Shown piece after piece: positions 39,791-50,300 of a DNA stretch of 64,000 bases. Made by a program: the position numbers and the translations under genes. The DNA is from Candidatus Nomurabacteria bacterium. Lineage in GTDB: Bacteria > Patescibacteriota > Minisyncoccia > Phycocordibacterales > UBA9973. How positions within the stretch are numbered: the first letter of the stretch is position 1; every line of letters starts with the position of its first letter. The stretch lies in contig JAPLXS010000012.1 of the NCBI GenBank assembly GCA_026395965.1, forward strand, positions 115,977 to 179,976, in the 5' to 3' direction. The notes below the pieces were generated by a model that saw nothing but the letters and a program-made list of their open reading frames with translations, was not told where the DNA came from and made no database searches.

Positions 39791-40342
39791 ATGATATTAA
39801 ATTCACATACAATAATTTCACCTTATACTAATGAATGGAAGGATAAATTTAGCACTGAAAAAGACTTAATTCTTGATTTATTAAAGGATAAAATTCTTGC
39901 AATAGAACATATTGGAAGTACTTCTATTCCAGGACTTTCAGCTAAACCTATCGCTGATATAGCTATCATAGTGAATGAATTTGAACCAGCAGATGTATTT
40001 AGTAAAGATTTAAGTAAGTTGGGGTATAAATACAATTCATCTAGTACTGAAAGACATTTTTATATAAAAGGAGATCCTGAGAGTTTTCATTTGTCTATTT
40101 CCTTTGCTAATAGAGGGGGTTTTTGGGTTAGACAAATACTTTTCAGAGACTACTTGAGAAATAATCCTGAATCAAAGAAAGAGTATGAGGAATTAAAAAA
40201 GAAACTTTTAACTGAAGACCCTACTGGGGTAAATTCTTATTTTGCAGGAAAAGATGCTTTTGTTAAAAAGATATTAACTTTAGCAAATTGGAAAGAAAAT
40301 CAATTGTATTCAGATTACATGAAAGATAAAAAGTTAAATTAG
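39791..40342 (+). CDS. GrpB-family (UPF0157) nucleotidyltransferase-fold protein
   Basis: IEHIGSTSIPGLSAKPIADIAIIV is the GrpB signature. Confidence 0.7.
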   Translation: MILNSHTIISPYTNEWKDKFSTEKDLILDLLKDKILAIEHIGSTSIPGLSAKPIADIAIIVNEFEPADVFSKDLSKLGYKYNSSSTERHFYIKGDPESFHLSISFANRGGFWVRQILFRDYLRNNPESKKEYEELKKKLLTEDPTGVNSYFAGKDAFVKKILTLANWKENQLYSDYMKDKKLN

Positions 40343-41409
40343 TTCAGTTTAATTGTTTTATATTGTATAAATGTATCTTCTGGTTTAGATTGTTTATATA
40401 TAAAAATCTCTTTAACTTCCATTTTTGTATTTTTTATTTTAAGGAGTTCACTTTCGATATCTTTTTTTATTATATCTGAGTAGAAACCTTTTTTAAATTG
40501 GATTAATGTAGTATGTGGTATGTATTGTGAACCTTCAAAATATCTTGATTTTAACTCAGGACTACAATTTAGCTTATTGATTAATTTATTATGCATATCA
40601 ATTAAAATTTTTGAATCTGATTCTAGATATAAAACTGAATTGTTAAATACGCCAATATTTTTAAATGAAAGTCTAAAAGATTTATAATTTTTAATTATCT
40701 CTTCAAAATTTGCAATCCATAATTCATTGGGTAATAACCCCCCAGGTGCTTTTATCGTAATATGAGGTTCAGCAAGTAATAAAACTGAGTCCAGAGAGTA
40801 TATCTTATGAATATTTAATACTAAATCTTTAACTTGTCCCAATATTGGGATCGCGATGAAATATTTTTCCTGTATAATTTGATCTTCTGAAAAGTCTAAT
40901 ATTTTTTTAACAAATTCTGTTTTTCCTGAATTATAAACTTCACCTAGAGAGAGGTCCACGAATTCTTTTTCTGGTGTAATTTTTAAATTATTTTCTTTTA
41001 AATTTTGATATTCTAAAATATGCTTCGGGTTATTAATTAAATAATCACGAAAAAGAATCTGTCTTCTCCAGAATGAAAATTTTGGAGAAGACACAGAAAG
41101 ATGATATTCTACAGGGTCACCTTTTCTACAAAAAATTCTTTCAGCTGATGACATTTTTGGATAATATACATATCCTAATTCCTGTATAAGATTAATAATA
41201 GGATCAATGTTGTCTATCGAGTTTACAAGAACGGCTATATCTATAATAGGCTTGGCTGAGAGCCCAGGGATGGAAGTACTTCCAATATGCTCAATATTTA
41301 GAACATCATATTTATTCTCAAAAGTTTTTGTTATTTTTTCTTTTTCTATTTCAAACTTGGTTTTCCAAAATTCTTGATATTTTGTGAAAAATTGATGATT
41401 ATTTTCCAT
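40339..41409 (-). CDS. GrpB domain fused to a 2H phosphoesterase (LigT-like) domain
   Basis: N-terminal IEHIGSTSIPGLSAKPIIDIAVLV (GrpB). C-terminal half has two H-x-T-x motifs (HITI and HTTL) about 85 aa apart. Confidence 0.6.
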   Translation of the reverse strand: MENNHQFFTKYQEFWKTKFEIEKEKITKTFENKYDVLNIEHIGSTSIPGLSAKPIIDIAVLVNSIDNIDPIINLIQELGYVYYPKMSSAERIFCRKGDPVEYHLSVSSPKFSFWRRQILFRDYLINNPKHILEYQNLKENNLKITPEKEFVDLSLGEVYNSGKTEFVKKILDFSEDQIIQEKYFIAIPILGQVKDLVLNIHKIYSLDSVLLLAEPHITIKAPGGLLPNELWIANFEEIIKNYKSFRLSFKNIGVFNNSVLYLESDSKILIDMHNKLINKLNCSPELKSRYFEGSQYIPHTTLIQFKKGFYSDIIKKDIESELLKIKNTKMEVKEIFIYKQSKPEDTFIQYKTIKLN

Positions 41410-41412
41410 ATA

Positions 41413-42204
41413 TTATTCGTTTTTCTTATTTTTAAATGATAATAAATTACTGTCCTCAGAATATATAAAGGTTATGTTTGGATATTTTTTTAATGAATAT
41501 TCATAAACCGCTGTATTCTTATAATAAGAGTTAGGATACATTATAACTTTTTTACCCAACATTGTACTGGCAATAGCTATGTGCAATCTGTCTGTTCTTA
41601 TTTCTTCATATTTAGATATTTCTTCTAAAAAATCTTTAATTGGTTTTTTGCAATATCCATTTTTTGAAATATCAAAATTATTTTTAGGTTTTATTTTTTT
41701 TATAGATTCGCAATCTTCTCTAAAAGCATTCAAAATACCAGTCCCATTTTTTTTGTATGAATCAAAATTATTATAAAATGCACAATCGTGCCATATATAA
41801 ACTTGGCAATTTTTGGCATATTCTTTGACGAAATCATAACTAATCATATCTCTGCAAAATATCGTGACATTATTATTTAGGGTTTCTAGTAATGATTTTT
41901 GTTTTTCTCCGTTAATTGTATGTGGTAGTATTATAACTTCTTTGTATTGTTGATTTTTTTTAATCAAAAAATCTCTAACATCAAAATAATAATCTACAAA
42001 ATTACCACCTCCATCTATAAAAAGAACATTATTATGTACACCATCTTCGGTGTTGACATATTTTAAATTTATAGATAGTTCCTCCATTAATTTTAATGTT
42101 CCATGCCATATTAAAGAATCACCATAATTACCATTGAATCTATAAAAATCAACTTCTGTATTTGAGAATCTTTTTAAATATTTTTTTAAATCCATTTCTT
42201 TCAT
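41413..42204 (-). CDS. Polysaccharide pyruvyl transferase-like protein
   Basis: N-terminal GNYGDSLI and C-terminal TDRLHIAIAS resemble the pyruvyl-transferase family. Confidence 0.45.
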   Translation of the reverse strand: MKEMDLKKYLKRFSNTEVDFYRFNGNYGDSLIWHGTLKLMEELSINLKYVNTEDGVHNNVLFIDGGGNFVDYYFDVRDFLIKKNQQYKEVIILPHTINGEKQKSLLETLNNNVTIFCRDMISYDFVKEYAKNCQVYIWHDCAFYNNFDSYKKNGTGILNAFREDCESIKKIKPKNNFDISKNGYCKKPIKDFLEEISKYEEIRTDRLHIAIASTMLGKKVIMYPNSYYKNTAVYEYSLKKYPNITFIYSEDSNLLSFKNKKNE

Positions 42205-42213
42205 AAAATAATT

Positions 42214-43893
42214 TTATATATTGTTTTTAATAACCTCAAAGACAAAATTAGGTATAATTTTGTCAAAACAAAATTCTTCACAGCAATCAATTTCTTCTTG
42301 TCTCTTTGTGTGGTTACATAATATATGCCTATTTTTGTTGTATATAGATATGGTTTCTTTATTTAAATTTAGATATTTAGGATGAGTTGCCCCAAATATC
42401 ATAAAAGACTTCTTTTTAAAACTTTGAGCTATAATGGCAGGACCAGAATCATTACCTATAAAAAACTCACAATACTTTATTAAAGATAACATTTCTTTAA
42501 AACTATTGCTGTCATCTAGAAAAATTACCTTGACTCTAAGTTCTTCTATTATTAGAAATGAAAGATCTTTATAATTTTTAATACCCCAATTTCTTTTATT
42601 TTCTTGCCACGAGCTAGTGTTCGGAGCTATTAAAACATACTTTTCTTTCATTAATACATCATGTTTATCATTAAGGAAAGGTAAATTATTAATATTTTCA
42701 TCTATTCCTGCTGATTCAGCAAATCCCTGGATATAAGTTTTGTCATTTCGTGAATTTTCATAATTTAATTTTATTTTTATATCTACACCATCAAAATCAT
42801 TTATGTCTGAATAATTTATAATTCCATCATAAGCGGGAAGTAAGTTATTGATGTTATTTATATTTGTGGCTAAGTAAACTTTATTAACGTATTTATGTAA
42901 ATATCTAGCAATGGGTTCTGTCATTATTACATCACCAAGATTTCCTTTTCTTATTAGGCAGATGGAATTAATTTCCCTGTTTTTTATTTTATTAATAAAA
43001 TATGTTTTATACCAAAAGTTTAAAGTATTATCAGTTATTATTTTATTTTTTTCTATAACTGTTCCCCAAAATGTTCTATGCTCAGAAAACCACATTTCAT
43101 TTACTTTTTCTAAATTATCTTTAAATTCGATCACGTAATTTTTAATGGTTTGTATCCTCTCAAGCCAAGGAGAATTATCATTTGAACTAGAGTCTCTTTC
43201 ATATTTTGCTAGTTTTTTCCATTTTTCATAAATCATTTTTGCTGTATTCCTGAATTCATAATGTAGTAACTTGGCTTCGTTGTAAGGAATTATAAAAGGA
43301 TTACTTGTATATGTACCAAAAAAATCAGGATTATTTCTAGACTTCACATAATGTCCACCAACCACAATTTCGATATTCTTATGATTCTTGATTATAGCTT
43401 TTCTGAAATGGCCAAACTCTTGCCATGGTTTTTCTGGCCATGGTAAATAATAACAATTTGTATCTATTGGAGTAGCTTGTGCACGACTGCATTCAAATAA
43501 TGCGTTTGCCCATCCGATAGTTGCATACACGATACCAGCTTTTTCTAGTCGATCAATAAAAGCATGAATTGTCTTATCTTTCATACTTACAAATTCATCT
43601 GCATCCAGCATAAAAAACCAATCCACTTTAAAATTTTTATTTGCAAATGAAAGTAGTTTATTCGCAATTTTTGCATGGTCAAAAACAGGGTCTTCTTCTT
43701 TGATTACAATTATTCTTTTGTCCGCATTGTAGCTTTCCAGGATATCGTTTGTTTTATCTGTTGAACAATGGTTAGCTATAAAAATATAATCAAAACCAAT
43801 ACTAAGGTGATATGATATATTCAAGTCAATAAAACTCTCCTCATTTCTAACTACCATCAAAATAGCAATTTTATTATCTGTTTTGTTCTCCAT
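42214..43893 (-). CDS. Two-domain glycosyltransferase: GT2-like N-terminus plus GT9 (heptosyltransferase-like) C-terminus
   Basis: N-terminal MVVRNEESFIDLNISYH (GT2 family). C-terminal CLIRKGNLGDVIMTEPIARYL and FIGNDSGPAIIAQSF (GT9 signature). Confidence 0.55.
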   Translation of the reverse strand: MENKTDNKIAILMVVRNEESFIDLNISYHLSIGFDYIFIANHCSTDKTNDILESYNADKRIIVIKEEDPVFDHAKIANKLLSFANKNFKVDWFFMLDADEFVSMKDKTIHAFIDRLEKAGIVYATIGWANALFECSRAQATPIDTNCYYLPWPEKPWQEFGHFRKAIIKNHKNIEIVVGGHYVKSRNNPDFFGTYTSNPFIIPYNEAKLLHYEFRNTAKMIYEKWKKLAKYERDSSSNDNSPWLERIQTIKNYVIEFKDNLEKVNEMWFSEHRTFWGTVIEKNKIITDNTLNFWYKTYFINKIKNREINSICLIRKGNLGDVIMTEPIARYLHKYVNKVYLATNINNINNLLPAYDGIINYSDINDFDGVDIKIKLNYENSRNDKTYIQGFAESAGIDENINNLPFLNDKHDVLMKEKYVLIAPNTSSWQENKRNWGIKNYKDLSFLIIEELRVKVIFLDDSNSFKEMLSLIKYCEFFIGNDSGPAIIAQSFKKKSFMIFGATHPKYLNLNKETISIYNKNRHILCNHTKRQEEIDCCEEFCFDKIIPNFVFEVIKNNI

Positions 43894-44632
43894 AAATAAT
43901 TTTATTTAAGTCCAATTTAAAACGATAAAAAGCTGGATGTTCTGGCCATGTTGCATGAAAAAGATCTATGTTATCTAAAGATTTAATTTCTAAATTTTGG
44001 TGATCACTTATTAAAGCATATTTTTCTTTCGGTAAAATTAATAGACTCCCATTCCTTAGGTATGGAGTAAGAGCAATAGCTAAAGATCCTTGTTCGTCGT
44101 GGTGGGTTTGGTTCTTGTATGAAATATTTTTCAGCCACCACTCAAATTCTCGAGCAAGATCTGGTGTTATGTCATAATTTTTCTTTTGAATAAATAATCC
44201 TGCATTTATAAAAGGTGTATCGGGTGAAGCTTTAACTTTCATTGCTCCATGTTGCCAACTTTCACCTTCAAATTCATCTAGAATTGCGAAATGTAAACTA
44301 TCATCGTTTAAAAAATTTTCAATTTCTTTTGGGTATTTTACAAGAAATACATCTGAATCTATATAAAATTCTGTCTCATCAATGTTTATTCTAGATTTGG
44401 GACACCATTTCAACCAAGTTGCTTTTGATTTAACGTCAAACATGCTTTTATTTTCTGAAAAAAAAGATTTAACTTGAGCTATGTTTTTTAAGCTTACTGG
44501 TATTGATTCAACATTGTCGGTGTATAAAATATATTTATGAGAATCACCGTACCATCTTTTAAAAGAAGAAATGCTGTATTCTAACATTTCATAATTTTTA
44601 TTATCTCCCCATATTGACCATCTAAATATCAT
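43874..44632 (-). CDS. Hypothetical nucleotide-sugar transferase-like protein (DxD motif)
   Basis: YIDSDVFL DxD-like motif; 252 aa; overlaps the neighbouring genes as in an operon. Confidence 0.35.
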   Translation of the reverse strand: MIFRWSIWGDNKNYEMLEYSISSFKRWYGDSHKYILYTDNVESIPVSLKNIAQVKSFFSENKSMFDVKSKATWLKWCPKSRINIDETEFYIDSDVFLVKYPKEIENFLNDDSLHFAILDEFEGESWQHGAMKVKASPDTPFINAGLFIQKKNYDITPDLAREFEWWLKNISYKNQTHHDEQGSLAIALTPYLRNGSLLILPKEKYALISDHQNLEIKSLDNIDLFHATWPEHPAFYRFKLDLNKIIYGEQNR

Positions 44633-45903
44633 ATATTTTCTAGAAAATTAATTAAGTTATTTGAATAATCAAAATCTTTTACTGAATTTTCATTAAGTTT
44701 TGACATATTTTTCCGATTGTCTATTGTGGTGTTAGATGCAATATAAAGAGTTTCAGCAAACATATCTATATTTAAAGGATCTACAAGGTAGCATTCATTT
44801 TTTTCAAAAGAATCTTTGACCCCATCTTTATCACTGGCAACTATTACATAGTTCATATCCTTCATAAATAGTTTAGCTTCTATGGGGGTATGTGGATTTG
44901 GATCCATTAACGATGGTAAACAAACTATATCTGTATTTTTATATCTCAAAATAGATTTCCAAATATTTTGATTAAAGTTGTTTACAACAACTACCCGAGG
45001 TAAAACATTAGCCATTTCTATTAATTTTGAATAGTATTCATCTTCTCCTGAATTATTTGGGGCTTGTAAAATAAGGAAGTGATTGGACAGTTTGTTGTTT
45101 ATTATCGCCCATGCATCAATTAATTCTTTGAAACCTTTGGCGACCGAACATCTACCCCAACTAAATATAATTTTTGACCCACTGTTTAAGTTTTGATTTA
45201 AATAGCTAATATCTTCAAATTTTGTATTCATTTTTAATGACTCTGCGTATTCACTAAATGATAATCCATTTTTAAGATAATCATTCATTGTAAAGCGTAA
45301 TCCATAATTATCGAATAAATGCTCACCGAAACTATTTCCTGTAGCTATCACTCTAGAATTTTTATCTTGATTTATTAAAGTAAAACATTCTTTTTCTATG
45401 TGAACTCTCTCATCTCTCCATATTTTATTTCCAAATACATGATTTAATCCACTACTATGTGGTAAATAATAACATTTAAGATTTTTATTAATCACTTGAT
45501 CTTTAAATTTTGAAAATAACAAAAATGGAGTATCGTGTAACATTAATATGTTTTCTTCATCTTCTTTAAGAATGAGATTTAAACTTGTGGCAAGAGAAGC
45601 GGATACATAATTCCATTCTGGAAAACTTCTCCACATATCCCACTCTGTTAGCCCCTTTGTTCCATTACACAATGGAACCATAAAGCCTTGAGTTTTGTTT
45701 ACCAGAGAGAGGCTTTTACTGTAACTTTCTTTGCTGTATGCTTTGCCTTCAGGGCTAGCTGTAATATAGGCAATACTTACCCTTATATTATTATCTTTGG
45801 CGTAATTATTTAGTGTTGCAACAGTATTTTTAGCTATTGTTCCTACTCCACAATAAAAAGTAGATAGTCCATCATATGACGCTATAATAATATGCTTTTT
45901 CAT
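44629..45903 (-). CDS. Putative glycosyltransferase (GT-B-like)
   Basis: 424-aa first gene of the glycosyltransferase operon. Weak GT4-like C-terminal features. Confidence 0.35.
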   Translation of the reverse strand: MKKHIIIASYDGLSTFYCGVGTIAKNTVATLNNYAKDNNIRVSIAYITASPEGKAYSKESYSKSLSLVNKTQGFMVPLCNGTKGLTEWDMWRSFPEWNYVSASLATSLNLILKEDEENILMLHDTPFLLFSKFKDQVINKNLKCYYLPHSSGLNHVFGNKIWRDERVHIEKECFTLINQDKNSRVIATGNSFGEHLFDNYGLRFTMNDYLKNGLSFSEYAESLKMNTKFEDISYLNQNLNSGSKIIFSWGRCSVAKGFKELIDAWAIINNKLSNHFLILQAPNNSGEDEYYSKLIEMANVLPRVVVVNNFNQNIWKSILRYKNTDIVCLPSLMDPNPHTPIEAKLFMKDMNYVIVASDKDGVKDSFEKNECYLVDPLNIDMFAETLYIASNTTIDNRKNMSKLNENSVKDFDYSNNLINFLENI

Positions 45904-46082
45904 ATGCTATTTATAATAACACATAATTTATGACTTAGCAATTGTTAATTAAATAATAACACTTCGACCTTGTTATTAAAAGTTTATTGTATCGCAGACG
46001 CTTGAAATCATAGAGGAAGTTACCAACATGTTGCCAACAATTAATGCCTTAGCAAAAGATTAAATTTCTGGCATCATTAGGT

Positions 46083-47399
46083 ATGGAGACAACCAATATA
46101 GGTCTTATTTATAACCCAATAATAGCAACTGAAACAAGGATCAAATACGTGCTGTATGCACGTAAATCGACTGAATCTGACGAGCAACAAGCATTGTCGA
46201 TAGATTCTCAGATTAAGGAAATGACCACCATAGCAGAGCGTTTAAAGCTTAATGTAGTAGCAATCAAAAGAGAGTCTCATTCAGCTAAAGCTTCAGGACA
46301 AAGACCTGTATTTAAAGAATTATTAGAGGAGATTAGCAAAGGTATCTATAACGGAATCTTAACATGGGCACCAGATAGACTTTCAAGAAATGCGGGAGAT
46401 CTAGGTACTGTTGTTGATTTTATGGATGAAAAGAAATTAATTCATATACAAACCTTTGGACAAACTTTTTCTAATTCACCGAATGAAAAATTTCTTTTAA
46501 TGATTTTATATTCTCAGGCAAAACTTGAAAATGATAATAAAAGTATAAATGTTAAACGAGGTCTAAGAGCAAGAGTAGAGATGGGATTATGGCCATGTAA
46601 ACCTCCAACTGGTTACACTAAGTTTAAAAGAATGGATCAAAAGTGTGAAGCAATAATTGATCCAGTCCGTGCACCCATCATAAAACAAATATTTGAAAAA
46701 GTTGGTTATCAAAATTGGAGTGGCAGAAAAGTATTTCATTGGTTGAAGCAAGATATAGATTTTAAAACTGAAAATAATATACATCTTAGTTTAGGAAATT
46801 TATATGTAATAATATCAAATACTTTCTATTACGGAAGATTTGAATTTCCAAAAGGTTCAGGTAATTGGTATAACGGAGCACACGAGCCAATCATATCAAA
46901 AGAACTTTTTGATTTAGTTCAAACACAAATTAAAAGTCAGATAATGGAACCGAGATCAAAACAAAAAGAATTTGCTTTCACTAGAATTATGACTTGCGGA
47001 TTGTGTAGTTCTGGAATTACGGCAGATGAAAAATTTAAAAAGCACAAAGACGGAACAGTGAGCCGTTACGTATATTATAAATGTACTAGAGTAAAAGATT
47101 CTAAATGTAAAAGTGGTTACATAAATGAAGATGACTTAATTAGACAGCTTCAAAATCTTATTGATGATCTTGAGATTCAAACAGTCCCAATGAGAGAGAA
47201 AATAACAAGTGAAGTTAAACGATTTAAGAGTTTTGAAAAAATGTTGTTAGGAAGAAAAAGCCCTGTAATTATTAAAGATATAGATATTCGTAATTATGCT
47301 AAGTTTATACTCCAAGAAGGATCAATGGACGAAAAACGAGAGTTTTTAAGGTGTTTAAATAGTAAAATTTTTTTAAATGGGAAAAAAGTAATTATTTAA
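46083..47399 (+). CDS. Large serine recombinase (resolvase/invertase catalytic domain, recombinase domain and zinc ribbon)
   Basis: N-terminal YARKSTESDEQQALSIDSQ with the catalytic Ser. Later ...APDRLSRN. C-terminal Cys cluster CGLCSSG...YYKC. 438 aa. Confidence 0.8.
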   Translation: METTNIGLIYNPIIATETRIKYVLYARKSTESDEQQALSIDSQIKEMTTIAERLKLNVVAIKRESHSAKASGQRPVFKELLEEISKGIYNGILTWAPDRLSRNAGDLGTVVDFMDEKKLIHIQTFGQTFSNSPNEKFLLMILYSQAKLENDNKSINVKRGLRARVEMGLWPCKPPTGYTKFKRMDQKCEAIIDPVRAPIIKQIFEKVGYQNWSGRKVFHWLKQDIDFKTENNIHLSLGNLYVIISNTFYYGRFEFPKGSGNWYNGAHEPIISKELFDLVQTQIKSQIMEPRSKQKEFAFTRIMTCGLCSSGITADEKFKKHKDGTVSRYVYYKCTRVKDSKCKSGYINEDDLIRQLQNLIDDLEIQTVPMREKITSEVKRFKSFEKMLLGRKSPVIIKDIDIRNYAKFILQEGSMDEKREFLRCLNSKIFLNGKKVII

Positions 47400-50300
47400 T
47401 AATTGCTTCTATTAATTTATAAGAGGTGGATTCTAGTATTTCTTTTATTTTATCTTTTGGAGTAATTAATAATTGTTCTTTTGTTTTTATTCCTGCTTTG
47501 ACTAATGCTAAATATTCTTCACGAGACATTTCAATATTTATATTTAAAAGACCAAAGCATTCTGATGGAATTCCTGTTTCTAGACTCTTAAGTAAATCTT
47601 CAAATATTTTATCTTCTAACATTTCGCCAGGAAAAATAATTGTAGCAATTTTATGAACTGACCTAAGTTGGAATCTAGTAAAATCAGCAAAGGTTCTTAT
47701 GTTGCCATAAGCGATATTACCCATATAAGGATTGTTTGATTTGAACGTTTCTTCAATATCTGGGGTTGGAATACCATTAATCCAATCAAACAGAACTGAT
47801 GCTTTTTTACATCGAGCATAATATTTAAATTCATCGCCATTTGTAAATCTTTGTAGTAATCTAACAATTTCAGGTCCAAAACGTTGAGATGCCTCTCTAG
47901 GTCGCTTAGATTCAGATGTCCCTTTTTTAAACATAGGGGTATATGTATTGTCTGATTCTGGAAGTATTTGTACTATAGCCATTAATTCATTTGCACTCAA
48001 AGAAGGGTTTTTATAATCCTTTAATAATTCAACAAGACGTAATGCTGATCTAAAAGACAATACTGATTCTCCGCATACCTTACCTAAAATAGTTAAATGA
48101 ACTAAACCATTTTCTTCTTCTGCAATACCCAATCTGACCATTTCATTATATAAATTTTCAAGCTCTTGTCTCATTTTCTTTTCCCACTCCGGATCTTTTT
48201 TATTAGCGACATAACCACCATACGTATTTGCTAGAAGATTAAATAGGTCATTTTTATGAACATCTTTTACTTGAACTAAAAGTTTTATTACCCAAGTATC
48301 AAGATCTGAAATATCAAAAGATGATATTAATGGTTCAGGTTTGCCTAAGACATATTTGTTGAACAAAAAATCTGGACTGCTTCCATTATCTGCTAAAATA
48401 ATTGCTTTTCCTTTTTCATTAAATCCTACACGACCAGCTCGTCCAGCCATATTTTTATATTCAGCAATAGTAAATATTCGTCCATTTTCACCAACAAATT
48501 CTTGTTCCGCTAAAATTGCAGTAGAAGCGGGTGTATTAATCCCCGCAGCAACTGTGGTTGTTGCTACAAGAACTTTAATTTTACTATTCGTATCACGGAA
48601 TACGCGTTCTACAATTCGTCGTTCTTCTCTGCTTAGGTTTGAATTATGAAATGCTGTTCCACCCTCGAAGCAAGTTCTAAGTTTAGAAGAAGTAGAAGAT
48701 GATGCATATCTAGGAAGCATATTAACTTCATCTAAAGCTGGAGGTAATCCAATATCAGTAGCAAGATAATTAGCAGCTCCTTCTGTTAATCCTTTTTGAT
48801 TACGAAAAATTATAATTTTTTCTCCCTTTTCAACTAGACTTTTTACAAGTGGAACAATCATATCTTGTTGACTTGGCTTGTCCTTACGTTGAACAATTTC
48901 ATGATACGGAACTAGCTGTTCCATCTTTATTTCTCCATTTTCTGAAAGATATTTAAATTGACCGTTTCTACCCATAACTCCTTCTATTAATGGAATTGGC
49001 CTTTTAGTCGTTAAAAGTTTTCTACATCCTAACCAATCTTCAAAATTATTACTATCACCAATAACTGCTGATAAAATAACTAATTGAGGATTAACACCTC
49101 GTGTTCTTACGGCAATAAGATTCGTTAACAGTAATTCTACAGATATTCCTCTGTTTAAGTCAGTGATAAATTGGGCCTCATCAAGAACTACTAAACCAAT
49201 TTGATTTAAAACAGAAGGTAATGAAATACTTAAATTTAAAAACATTTCATATGTAAAAAGTGCAATATCATACTTACCCTTAATAAATTCATTATTTTGA
49301 TCTAAATAATCTCCTGTACAACGTATTACTCTATAACCAAGTTTATTTTGATACAGATCAATAAATTGATCATATTTTTCATTAACTAATGCTTTGTAGG
49401 GAAAGAGAAAAACTGATTTTTTCCCCATGGAAACAGCCTTAGCACTGGCTAATTCACCTACAAAAGTTTTTCCAGAACTAGTCGGTGCAATTACAAGGAC
49501 TGATTCGTTCTCTAAAATTCTATATTCATTTATTGCTTCAAGTTGTAAATCATTTAATCCGTTTTTAAATAATTGGCCCCATTCTTTTGTTAATTCTTCA
49601 GGGATCCCGAATTTATTTAGCTCTTCAATTTTATTTGAAATCTTTACTCCTCTTTTTTGAGGAAAGGCATTAAAATAATTTTTTCCAGGTATAAGTTTGG
49701 GAAGTGTTAATCCTCCTGTGACATGATTTAATAAAACTGGAGTTTGAATTACTCCTATTCTACTTGCTTCAGCTCTTACAATATCCATTATGTCTCCCAT
49801 TGCCGACAACATGTTTATAGTCTCATCTTTAGATAAAGTTAGTATATCAATAAGAGCTTTTGTTAAAATTCCATGTCCTGTTGACGGTAATTCATATGAG
49901 GGTTCATCAAAATTTGAGGCAGCAATAATAAATCTTCCTTCTCCAGACAATGAATCAAGGGGGTTACCTATATTACGAGGGATAGGACTATCTTCCAAAA
50001 CTTTAGCTGGAGCACCTCCACTAAAACAACAGTCAAGTATACACAAAATATTTTTTGCTTTACTTTGCTTGAAAAGATCAGCAATCCCTTGCATGGGGAA
50101 AGTAGTTTTTTCTATGTTTATGATTTCTGTATCAAAACCAGTTATTCTGTGATCTTTAGACCCATGTCCAGAATAGAAAAAAATAATGGTATCATTTTGA
50201 GTTGCAATAGATAAGCTTTCTTCTAATGCTTTTTTAATATTATAAATATTGGCGTTAGTTCCAGTAATAATTTCACCAATAATTTCTTTATCTAACGTAT

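Noticed and set aside
46083-47399. Serine recombinase as a Tn3-type resolvase or transposon
   Set aside because: At 438 aa with a recombinase domain and zinc ribbon it fits a large serine recombinase or integrase. No transposase, inverted terminal repeats or res-site triplication were seen
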